From the NCBI GenBank assembly GCA_964035545.1, contig OZ037766.1, positions 18,834,567 through 18,898,566 on the forward strand: a stretch of 64,000 nt of DNA. The letters are read 5' to 3'. A model generated the notes under the pieces. The model saw only the letters and a program-made list of their open reading frames with translations. It did no database searches and was not told where the DNA came from. Origin of the DNA: Bugula neritina. Its lineage: Eukaryota > Animalia > Bryozoa. How positions within the stretch are numbered: the stretch's first letter is position 1; each line of letters starts with the position of its first letter. The translations under genes were made by a program, and so were the position numbers. Positions 1-13,200 of this stretch are shown piece by piece.

Positions 1-3000
1 GTATGTTGTAGTATGTTGCAGTGTATTTCAGTATGTTGCAGTGTATTTCAGTATGTTGCAGTATGTTGCAGCATATTTCAGTATGTTACAGCGTATTTCA
101 GTATGTTGCAGTGTATTTCAGTGTGTTACAGTATAATGTTTCAGTATTTTAGAGTACACTTCCGTAAATTACACTATACTTCAGTGAGTTGTAGTCTATT
201 TCAGTATCTTGCAGTATATCTCAGTATGTTACAGTATATTTCAGCATGTTGCGGTATATTTCAGTGTGTTACAGTATATTTCATTATGTTACAGTGCATT
301 TCCAGATACTACACTATACTTCATTGAGTTTTAGTGTTTTTCAGTAAGTTGCAGTATGTTTCGGTATCTTGCAACATATTTCAATGTGTTGCAATGTATT
401 TCTATATGTTACAGTGTATTTCAGTATGTTGCAGCATGTTGCAGTGTATTTCAGTATGTTACAGTGTATTTCAGTATGTTGCAGTATATTATTTCAGTGG
501 GTTACAGTATATTCCAGTATGTTGCAGTATGTTGCAGTATATTTCAGTATGTTGCAGTATATTATTTCATGGGGTTACAGTATATTCCAGTATGTTGCAG
601 TATGTTGCAGTACATTTCAGTAGTTTGCAACATATTTCTGTAGGTTACCATATATTTCGGTATGTTGCAGTATATTTCAATGTGTTGCAGTGTATTTCAA
701 TATGTTACAGTGTATTTCGGTATGTTGCAGTATGTTGCAGTATGTTACAGTGTATTTCAGTATGTTGCAGTGTATTTCAGTGTGTTACAGTATTTTTCAG
801 TATGTTATAGCACATTTCTTTATATTACACTATATTTCAGTGAGTTGCAGTGTAGTTCAGTGTGCTACAGCATATCTCAGTATGTTGCAGTGTTTTTCAA
901 TTTGTTACAGTATATTTCAGTATATTACCGTATATTTAAGTGTGTCAAAGTTTATTCCGATGTGTTGCAGTGTATTTCAGTACGTTACAGTGTATTTCAG
1001 TATGTTGCAGTATTTTGCAATATATTTCAAATGTTACAGTGTATTTCAGTATGTTGCAGTATATTTCAGTATGATACAATAAGTTTCAGTATGTTGAAGT
1101 ATATTTCAGTGGGTTACAGTATATTTCAGTATGATACAGTGCATTTCGGTGCGTTACAGTATATTTCAGTATGATACAGCGTATTTCAGTATGTTTCAGT
1201 GTATTTCAGTATACTTCAATATTTTTAGGTATATTTCAGTATGTTGAAGTATATTTTAGTATGTTGCAGTGTAATTCAATATGTTACAGTGTATTTCAGT
1301 ATGTTGCAGTATGTTGCAGTGTATTTCAGTATGTTATGGTGTATTTCAGTATGTTGCAGTGTCTTGCAGTATATTTCAGTATTTTGCAGTATATTTCAGT
1401 ATGTTGCAGTATATTTCAGTATGTTGCAGTATGTTTTAGTACTTTACAGTTCAATTCTGTATATTACAGTATACATCAGTATGTGGCAGTGTCCTTCAGT
1501 ATGTTGCGGTGTGTTTCAATGTATTACAGTATATTTCAGTAGTTACCATATATTTCGGTATGTTGCAGTATATTTCAATGTGGTGCACTGTATTTCAATA
1601 TGTTACTGTGTACTTCAGTATGTTGTAGTATGTTGCAGTGTAGTTCAGTATGTTGCAGTGTATTTCAGTATGTTGCGGTATGTTCTAGTATATTTCAGTT
1701 TGTTACAGTGTATTTCAGTATGTTGCAGTGTATTTCAGTGTGTTACAGTATATTTCAGTATGTTACAGTATATTTCTTTATATTACACTATATTTCAGTG
1801 AGATGCAGTGTAGTTCAGTGTGCTACAGCATATTTCAGTATGTTGCAGTGTTCTTCAATTTGTTACAGTACATTTCAGTATATTACCGTAAATTTAAGTT
1901 TGTTAAAGTTTATTCCGATGTGTTGCAGTGTATTTCAGTATGTTACAGTGTATTTCAGTATGTTGCAGTATTTTGCAATATATTTCAAATGTTACAGTGT
2001 ATTTCAGTATGTTGCAGTATATTTCAGTATGATACAATAAGTTTCAGTATGTTTCAGTGGGTTACAGTATCTTTCAGTATGATACAGTGCGTTTTGGTGC
2101 GTTACAGTATATTTCAGTATGATACAGCGTATTTCAGTATGTTGCAAAGGTTTTCAATATGTTGCAGTATATTTTAGTATGTTGCAGTGTAATTCAGTAT
2201 GTTGCAGTATATTTCAGTATGTTGTCGTATGTTTCAGTGTTTTACAGGACATTTCTGTATATTACAGTATACTTCAGTGTGATGCAGTGTATTTCAGTAT
2301 GCTGCGATATGTTTAAATGTGTTACAGTATATTTCAATAGTTTACCATATATTTCGGTATGTTGCAGTATATTTCAATGTGTTGCACTGCATTTCAATAT
2401 GTTACAGTATATTTCATTTTGTTGCAGTATTCTGCAGTATATTTCAGTAGTTTGCAACATATCTCAGTAGGTTACCATATATTTCGGTATGATGCAGCAT
2501 ATTTCAGTGTGTTACAGTGTATTTCAGTATGTTGCAGTATCTTGCAGTATATTTCAGTATGTAGCAGTATATTTCAGTATGTTGCAGTCTGTTTCAGTAT
2601 ATTACAGTATATTCCAGTATTTTGCAGTATGTTTCAGGGTGTTACAGTATATTCCATTATGTTGCAGTATGTTGCAGTATATTTCAGTAGTTTACCATAT
2701 ATTTCGGTATGTTGCAGTATATTTCAATGTGTTGCACTGCATTTCAATATGTTACAGTATATTTCATTTTGTTGCAGTATGTTGCAGTATATTTCAGTAG
2801 TTTGCAACATATCTCAGTAGGTTACCATATATTTCGGTATGTTGCAGTATATTTCAATGTGCTGCAGTGTATTTCAATATGTTACAGTTTATTTCGGTAT
2901 GTTGCAGTATGTTCTAGTATATTTCCGTATGTTACAGTGTATTTCAGTATGTTGCAGTGTATTTCAGTGTGTTACAGTATATTTCAGTATGTTACAGCAC

Positions 3001-4250
3001 ATTTCTTTGTATTACACTATATTTCAGTGAGTTGCAGTGTAGTTCAGTGCGCTACAGCATATCTGAGTATGTTGCAGTGTTTTTCAATTTGTTACAGTAT
3101 ACTTCAGTATATTACCGTATATTTAAGTATGTCAAAGTTTATTCCGATGTGTTGCAGTGTATTTCAGTATGTTTCAGTGTATTTCTGTATGTTGCAGTGT
3201 TTTGGAATATATTTCAAATGTTACAGTGTATTTCAGTGTGTTGCAGTATATTTCAGTATGATACAATAAGTTTCAGTATGTTGAAATATATTTCATTGGG
3301 TTACAGTATATTTCAGTATGATACAGTGCATTTCGGTGAGTTACAGTATATTTCAGTATGATACAGCGTATTTCAGTATGTTTCAGTGTATTTCAGTATA
3401 CTTCAATATTTTTAGGTATATTTCAGTATGTTGAAGTATATTTTAGTATATTGCAGTGTCATTCAATATGCTACAGTGTATTTCAGTATGTTGCAGTATG
3501 TTGCAGTGTATTTCAGTATGTTATGGTGTATTTCAGTATGTTTCAAAATTTTTAGGTATACTTCAGTATGTTGAATTATATTTTAGTATGTTGCAGTGTA
3601 ATTCAGTATGTTGCAGTATGTTGCAGTGTATTTCAGTATGTTGCAGTGTATTTCAGTATGTTGCAGTATGTTGCAGTGTATTTCAGTATGTTACAGTGTA
3701 TTTCAGTATGTTGCAGTATTTTGCAGTATATTTCAGTATGCTGCATTATATTTCAGTATGTTGCAGTATATTTCAGTATGTTGCAGTATGTTTTAGTACT
3801 TTACAGTTCATTTCTGTATATTACAGTATACATCAGTATGTTGCAGTGTCCTTCAGTATGTTGCGATGTGTTTCAATGTGTTACAGTATATTTCAGTAGT
3901 TACCATATATTTCGGTATGTTGCAGTATATTTCAATGTGGTGCACTGTATTTCAATATGTTACTGTGTACTTCAGTATGTTGTAGTATGTTGCAGTGTAT
4001 TTCAGTATGTTGCAGTGTATTTCAGTATGTTGCAGTATGTTCTAGTATATTTCAGTATGTTACAGTGTATTTCAGTATGTTGCAGTGTATTTCAGTGTGT
4101 TACAGTATATTTCAGTATGTTACAGTATATTTCTTTATATTACACTATATTTTAGTGAGTTGCAGTGTAGTTCAGTGTGCTACAGCATATTTCAGTATGT
4201 TGCAGTGTTTTTCAATTTGTTACAGTACATTTCAGTATATTACCGTAAAT
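1..4250 (+). repeat. Block duplicated at about 27114-31250
   Basis: ORF-track offsets of 27113 (334/27447, 1600/28713, 2489/29602) then 27003 (2839/29842, 3957/30960). The left copy has 110 extra bp near 2690-2800. Confidence 0.85.
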
Positions 4251-4279
4251 TTAAGTATGTTAAAGTTTATTCCGATGTG

Positions 4280-7200
4280 TTGCAGTGTATTTCAGTATGT
4301 TTCAGTGTATTTCTGTATGTTGCAGTGTTTTGCAATATATTTCAAATGTTACAGTGTATTTCAGTGTGTTGCAGTATATTTCAGTATGATACAATAAGTT
4401 TCAGTATGTTGAAGTATATTTCAGTGGGTCACATTATATTTCAGTATGATACAGTGCATTTCGGTGCGTTACAGTATATTTCAGTATGATACAGCGTATT
4501 TCAGTATGTTTCAGTGCATTTCAGTATACTTCAATATTTTTAGGTATATTTCAGTATGTTGAAGTATATTTTAGTATATTGCAGTGTCATTCAATATGTT
4601 ACAGTGTATTTCAGTATGTTGCAGTATGTTGCAGTGTATTTCAGTATGTTGCAGTGTATTTCAGTATGTTGCAGTATGTTCTAGTATATTTCAGTATGTT
4701 ACAGTGTATTTCAGTATGTTGCAGTGTATTTCAGTGTGTTACAGTATATTTCAGTATGTTACAGTATATTTCTTTATATTACACTATATTTCAGTGAGTT
4801 GCAGTGTAGTTCCGTGTGCTACAGCATATTTCAGTATGTTGCAGTGTGTTTCAATTTGTTACAGTACATTTCAGTATATTACCGTAAATTTAAGTATGTT
4901 AAAATTTATTCCGATGTGTTGCAGTGTATTTCAGTATGATACAATGTATTTCAGTATGTTGCAGTATTTTGCAATATATTTCAAATGTTACAGTGTATTT
5001 CGGTATGTTGCAGTATATTTCAGTATGATACAGCGTATTTCAGTATGTTTCAGTGTATTTCAGTATGCTTCAATATTTTTAAGTATATTTCAGTATGTTG
5101 AAGTATATTTCAGTGGGTTACAGTATATTTCAGTATGATACAGTGCGTTTCGGTGCGTTACAGTATATTTCAGTATGATACAGCGTATTTCAGTATGTTT
5201 CAGCGTACTTCAGTATGCTTCAATATTTTTAAGTATATTTCAGTATGTTGAAGTATATTTTAGTATGTTGCAGTGTAATTCAGTATGTTGCAGTATATTT
5301 CAGTATGTTGTCGTATGTTTCAGTGTTTTACAGGACATTTCTGTATATTACAGTATACTTGAGTGTGTTGCAGTGTATTTGAGTATGCTGCGATATGTTT
5401 AAATGTGTTACAGTATATTTCAGTAGTTTACCATATATTTCGGTATGTTGCAGTATATTTCAATGTGTTGCACTGCATTTCAATATGTTACAGTATATTT
5501 CATTTTGTTGCAGTATGTTGCAGTATATTTCAGTAGTTTGCAACATATCTCAGTAGGTTACCATATATTTCGGTATGATGCAGCATATTTCAGTATGTTA
5601 CAGTGTATTTCAGTATGTTGCGGTATCTTGCAGTATATTTGAGTATGTAGCAGTATATTTCAGTATGCTGCAGTCTGCTTCAGTATATTACAGTATATTT
5701 CAGTATTCTGCAGTATGTCTCAGGGTGTTACAGTATATTTCATTATGTTGCAGTATGTTGCAGTATATTTCAGTAGTTTGCAACATATTTCTGTAGGTTA
5801 CCATATATTTCGGTATGTTGCAGCATATTTCAATCTGTTGCAGTGTTTTCAGTATGTTGCAGTATATTTCAGTGGGTTATAGTATATTTCAGTATGATAC
5901 AGCGTAGTTCAGTATGTTGCAAAGGTTTTCAATATGTTGCAGTATATTTAAGTATGTTGCAGTATGTTTCAGTGGGTTACAGTATATTTCATTATGTTGC
6001 AGTATGTTGCAGTATATTTCAGTAGTTTGCAACATATTTCAGTAGGTTACCATATATTACGGTATGTTGCAGTATATTTCAATGTGTTGCAGCGTATTTC
6101 AATATGTTACAGTGTATTTCAGTATGTTGCAGTATGTTGCAGTGTATTTCAGTATGTTATGGTGCATTTAAGTATGTTTCAAAATTTTTAGGTATATTTC
6201 AGTATGTTGAAGTATATTTTAGTATGTTGCAGTGTAATTCAGTATGTTGTCGTATGTTTTAGTATTTTACAGTAAATTTCTGTATATTGCAGTATACATC
6301 AGTGTGTTACAGTGTACTTCAGTATGTTGCGGTGTGTTTCAATGTGTTACAGTATATTTCAGTAGTTTACCATATATTTCGGTATGTTGCAGTATATTTC
6401 ATTGTGGTGCACTGTATTTCAATATGTTACTGTGTATTTGAGTATGTTGTAGTATGTTGCATTGTATTTCAGTATGTTGCAGTGTATTTCAGTATGTTGC
6501 AGTATGTTGCAGTGTATTTCAGTATGTTACAGTGTATTTCAGTAAGTTGCAGTATCTTGCAGTATATTTCAGAATGTTGCAGTATATTTCAGTATGTTGC
6601 AGTATGTTGTAGTACTTTACAGTTCATTTCTGTATATTACAGTATACATCAGTATGTTGCAGTGTCCTTCAGTATGTTGCGGTGTTTTTCATTGTGTTAC
6701 AGTATATTTCAGTAGTTTACCATACATTTCGGTATGTTGCAGTATATTTCAATGTGGTGCACTGTATTTCAATATGTTACTGTGTACTTCAGTATGTTGT
6801 AGTATGTTGCAGTGTATTTCAGTATGTTGCAGTGTATTTCAGTATGTTGCAGTATGTTCTAGTATATTTCAGTATGTTACAGTGTATTTCAGTATGTTGC
6901 AGTGTATTTCAGTGTGTTACAGTATATTTCAGTATGTTACAGTACATTTCTTTATATTACACTATATTTCAGTGAGTTGCAGTGTAGTTCAGTGTGCTAC
7001 AGCATATTTCAGTATGTTGCAGTGTTTTTCAATTTGTTACAGTATATTTCAGTATACTACCATATATTTAAGTATGTTAAAGTTTATTCCAATGTGTTGT
7101 CGTGTATTTCAGTATGTTACAGTGTATTTCAGTATGTTGCAGTATTTTGCAATATATTTCAAATGTTACAGTGTATTTCAGTATGTTGCAGTATATTTCA

Positions 7201-10200
7201 GTATGATACAATAAGTTTCGGTATGTTGGAGTATATTTCAGTGGGTTACAGCATATTTCAGTATGATACAGTGCATTTCGATTCGTTACAGTATATTTCA
7301 GTATCATACAGCGTATTTCAGTATGTTTCAGTGTATTTCAGTATTCTTCAATATTTTTAAGTATATTTCAGTATGTTGAAGTATATTTTAGTATGTTGCA
7401 GTGTAATTCAGTATGTTGCATTATATTTCAGTATGTTGTCATATGTTTCGGTATTTTACAGGACATTTCTGTATATTACAGCATACTTCAGTGTGTTGCA
7501 GTGTATTTCAGTATGCTGCGATATGTTTAAATGTGTTACAGTATATTTCAAAAGTTTACCATATATTTCGGTATGTTGCAGTATATTTCAATGTGTTGCA
7601 CTGCATTTCAATATGTCACAGTATCCTTCATTTTGTTGCAGTATGTAGCAGTATATTTCAGTAGTTTGCAACATATCTCAGTAGGTTACCATATATTTCG
7701 GTATGATGCAGCATATTTCAGTATGTTACAGTGTATTTCAGTATGCTGCGGTGTGTTTCAATGTGTTACAGTATATTTCAGTAGTTTACCATATAATTCG
7801 GTATGTTGCAGTATATTTCAATGTGGTGCACTATATTTCAATATGTTACCGTGTATTTCAGTATGTTGTAGTATGTTGCAATGTATTTCAATATGTTGCA
7901 GTGCATTTCAGTATGTTGCAGTATGTTCTAGTATATTTCAGTATGTTGCAGTATATTTCAGTATGTTGCAGTATATTATTTCAGTGGGTTACAGTATATT
8001 CCAGTATGTTGCAGTATATTGCAGTATAATTCAGTAGTTTGCAACATATTTCTGGAGGTTACCATATATTTCGGTATGTTGCAGTATATTTCAATGTGCT
8101 GCAGTGTATTTCAATATGTTACAGTGTATTTCGGTATGTTGCAGTATGTTCTAGTATATTTCCGTATGTTACAGTGTATTTCAGTATGTTGCAGTGTATT
8201 TCAGTGTGTTACAGTATATTTCAGTATGTTACAGCACATTTCTTTGTATTACACTATATTTCAGTGAGTTGCAGTGTAGTTCAGTGTGCTACAGCATATC
8301 TGAGTATGTTGCAGTGTTTTTCAATTTGTTACCGTATATTTCAGTATATTACCGTATATTTAAGTATGTCAAAGTTTATTCCGATGTGTTGCAGTGTATT
8401 TCAGTATGTTTCAGTGTATTTCTGTATGTTGCAGTGTTTTGCAATATATTTCAAATGTTACAGTGTATTTCAGTGTGTTGCAGTATATTTCAGTATGATA
8501 CAATAAGTTTCAGTATGTTGAAGTATATTTCAGTGGGTTACAGTATATTTCAGTATGATACAGTGCATTTCGGTGCGTTACAGTATATTTCAGTATGATA
8601 CAGCGTATTTCAGTATGTTTCAGTGTATTTCAGTATACTTCAATATTTTTAGGTATATTTCAGTATGTTGAAGTATATTTTAGTATGTTGCAGTGTCATT
8701 CAATATGTTACAGTGTATTTCAGTATGTTGCAGTATGTTGCAGTGTATTTCAGTATGTTATGGTGTATTTCAGTATGTTTCAAAATTTTTAGGTATACTT
8801 CAGTATGTTGAATTATATTTTAGTATGTTGCAGTGTAATTCAGTATGTTGCAGTATATTTCAGTGTGTTGTCGTATGTTTTAGTATTTTACAGTACATTT
8901 CTGTATATTACAGTATACATCAGTGTGTTGCAGTGTACTTCAGTACGTTGCGGTGTGTTTCAATGTGTTACAGTATATTTCAGTAGTTTACCATATATTT
9001 CGGTATGTTGCAGTATATTTCAATGTGGTGCACTGTATTTCAGTATGTCACTGTGTATTTCAGTATGTTGTAGTATGTTGTAATGTATTTCAGTATGTTG
9101 CAGTGTATTTCAGTATGTTGCAGTATGTTGCAGTGTATTTCAGTATGTTACAGTGTATTTCAGTATGTTGCAGTATTTTGCAGTATATTTCAGTATGCTG
9201 CATTATATTTCAGTATGTTGCAGTATATTTCAGTATGTTGCAGTATGTTTTAGTACTTTACAGTTCATTTCTGTATATTACAGTATACATCAGTATGTTG
9301 CAGTGTCCTTCAGTATGTTGCGATCTGTTTCAATGTGTTACAGTATATTTCAGTAGTTACCATATATTTCGGTATGTTGCAGTATATTTCAATGTGGTGC
9401 ACTGTATTTCAATATGTTACTGTGTACTTCAGTATGTTGTAGTATGTTGCAGTGTATTTCAGTATGTTGCAGTGTATTTCAGTATGTTGCAGTATGTTCT
9501 AGTATATTTCAGTATGTTACAGTGTATTTCAGTATGTTGCAGTGTATTTCAGTGTGTTACAGTATATTTCAGTATGTTACAGTATATTTCTTTATATTAC
9601 ACTATATTTCAGTGAGTTGCAGTGTAGTTCAGTGTGCTACAGCATATTTCAGTATGTTGCAGTGTTTTTCAATTTGTTACAGTACATTTCAGTATATTAC
9701 CGTAAATTTAAGTATGTTAAAGTTTATTCCGATGTGTTGCAGTGTATTTCAGTATGATACAGTGTATTTCAGTATGTTGCAGTATTTTGCAATATATTTC
9801 AAATGTTACAGTGTATTTCGGTATGTTGCAGTATATTTCAGTATGATACAGCGTATTTCAGTATGTTTCAGTGTATTTCAGTATGCTTCAATATTTTTAA
9901 GTATATTTCAGTATGTTGAAGTATATTTCAGTGGGTTACAGTATATTTCAGTATGATACAGTGCGTTTCGGTGCGTTACAGTATATTTCAGTATGATACA
10001 GCGTATTTCAGTATGTTTCAGCGTATTTCAGTATGCTTCAATATTTTTAAGTATATTTCAGTATGTTGAAGTATATTTTAGTATGTTGCAGTATATTTCA
10101 GTGTTTTACAGGACATTTCTGTATATTACAGTGTACTTCAGTGTGTTGCAGTGTATTTGAGTATGCTGCGATATGTTTAAATGTGTTACAGTATATTGCA

Positions 10201-13200
10201 GTAGTTTACCATATATTTCGGTATGTTGCAGTATATTTCAATGTGTTGCACTGCATTTCAATATGTTACAGTATATTTCATTTTGTTGCAGTATGTTGCA
10301 GTATATTTCAGTAGTTTGCAACATATCTCAGTAGGTTACCATATATTTCGGTATGATGCAGCATATTTCAGTATGTTACAGTGTATTTCAGTATGTTGCG
10401 GTATCTTGCAGTATATTTGAGTAGGTAGCAGTATATTTCAGTATGCTGCAGTCTGTTTCAGTATATTACAGTATATTCCAGTATTCTGCAGTATGTTTCA
10501 GGGTGTTACAGTATATTTCATTATGTTGCAGTATGTTGCAGTATATTTCAGTAGTTTGCAACATATTTCTGTAGGTTACCATATATTTCGGTATGTTGCA
10601 GCATATTTCAATCTGTTGCAGTGTTTTCAGTATGTTGCAGTATATTTCAGTGGGTTGTAGTATATTTCAGTATGATACAGCGTAGTTCAGTATGTTGCAA
10701 AGGTTTTCAATATGTTGCAGTATATTTAAGTATGTTGCAGTATCTTTCAGTGGGTTACAGTATATTTCATTATGTTGCAGTATGTTGCAGTATATTTCAG
10801 TAGTTTGCAACATATTTCAGTAGGTTACCATATATTACGGTATGTTGCAGTATATTTCAATGTGTTGCAGCGTATTTCAATATGTTACAGTGTATTTCAG
10901 TATGTTGCAGTATGTTGCAGTGTATTTCAGTATGTTATGGTGCATTTCAGTATGTTTCAAAATTTTTAGGTATATTTCAGTATGTTGAAGTATATTTTAG
11001 TATGTTGCAGTGTAATTCAGTATGTTGTCGTATGTTTTAGTATTTTAAAGTACATTTCTGTATATTGCAGTATACATCAGTGTGTTGCAGTGTACTTCAG
11101 TATGTTGCGGTGTGTTTCAATGTGTTACAGTATATTTCAGTAGTTTACCATATATTTCGGTATGTTGCAGTATATTTCAATGTGGTGCACTGTATTTCAA
11201 TATGTTACTGTGTTATTGAGTATGTTGTAGTATGTTGCATTGTATTTCAGTATGTTGCAGTGTATTTCAGTATGTTGCAGTATGTTGCAGTGTATTTCAG
11301 TGTGTTACAGTGTATTTCAGTATGTTGCAGTATCTTGCAGTATATTTCAGTATGTTGCAGGATATTTCAGTATGTTGCAGTATGTTTTAGTACTTTACAG
11401 TTCATTTCTGTAAATTACAGTATATTTCAGTATGTTGCAGTATATTTCAGTGGGTTACAGTATATTGCAGTATGTTCCAGTATGTTGCAGTATATTTCAG
11501 TATGTTGCAGTGTATTTCAGTATGTTACAGTGTATTTCAGTGGTTTGTAACATATTTCAGTAGTTTACCATACATTTCGGTATGTTGCAGTATATTTCAA
11601 TGTGGTGCACTGTATTTCAATATGTTACTGTGTACTTCAGTATGTTGCAGTGTGTTTCAGTATGTTGCAGTATATTTAAGTATGTTGCAGTATGTTTCAG
11701 TGGGTTACAGTATATTTCATTATGTTGCAGGATGGTACAGTATATTGCAGTAGTTTGCAACATATTTCAGTAGGTTACCATACATTACGGTATGTTGCAG
11801 TATATTTCAATGTGTTGCAGCGTATTTCAATATGTTACAGTGTATTTCAGTATGTTGCAGTATTGTGCAGTGTATTTCAGTATGTTATTGTGTATTTCAG
11901 TATGTTGTAGTATGTTGCAGTGTATTTCAGTATGTTGCAGTGTATTTCAGTATGTTGCAGTATGTTTTAGTACTTTACAGTTCATTTCTGTATATTACAG
12001 TATACATCAGTATGTTGCAGTGTCCTTCAGTATGTTGCGGTGTGTTTCAATGTGTTACAGTATATTTCAGTAGTTACCATATATTTCGGTATGTTGCAGT
12101 ATATTTCAATGTGGTGCACTGTATTTCAATATGTTACTGTGTACTTCAGTATGTTGTAGTATGTTGCAGTGTATTTCAGTATGTTGCAGTGTATTTCAGT
12201 ATGTTGCGGTATGTTCTAGTATATTTCAGTGTGTTACAGTATATTTCAGTATATTACAGTATATTTCTTTATATTACACTATATTTCAGTGAGTTGCAGT
12301 GTAGTTCAGTGTGCTACAGCATATTTCAGTATGTTGCAGTGTTGTTCAATTTGTTACAGTACATTTCAGTATATTACCGTAAATTTAAGTATGTTAAAGT
12401 TTATTCCGATGTGTTGCAGTGTATTTCAGTATGTTACAGTGTATTTCAGTATGTTGCAGTATTTTGCAATATATTTCAAATGTTACAGTGTATTTCAGTA
12501 TGTTGCAGTATATTTCAGTATGATACAATAAGTTTCAGTATGTTTCAGTGGGTTACAGTATCTTTCAGTATGATACAGTGCGTTTTGGTGCGTTACAGTA
12601 TATTTCAGTATGATACAGCGTATTTCAGTATGTTTCAATGTATTTCAGTATGCTTCAATATTTTTAAGTATATTTCAGTATGTTGAAGTATATTTTAGTA
12701 TGTTGCAGTGTAATTCAGTATGTTGCAGTATATTTCAGTATGTTGTCGTATGTTTCAGTGATTTACAGGACATTTCTGTATATTACAGTATACTTCAGTG
12801 TGTTGAGGTGTGTTTCAGTATGCTGCGATATGTTTAAATGTGTTACAGTATGTTTCAGTAGTTTACCATATATTTCCGTATGTTGCAGTATATTTCAATG
12901 TGTTGCATTGCATTTCAATATGTTACAGTATATTTCATTTTGTTGCAGTATGTTGCAGTATATTTCAGTAGTTTGCAACATATCTCAGTAGGTTACCATA
13001 TATTTCGGTATGATGCAGCATATTTCAGTATGTTACAGTGTATTTCAGTATGTTGCAGTATCTTGCAGTATATTTCAGTATGTAGCAGTATATTTCAGTA
13101 TGTTGCAGTCTGTTTCAGTATATTACAGTATATACCCGTATTTTGCAAAATGTTTCAGGGTGTTACAGTATATTTCATTAATTTGCAGTATGTTGCAGTA

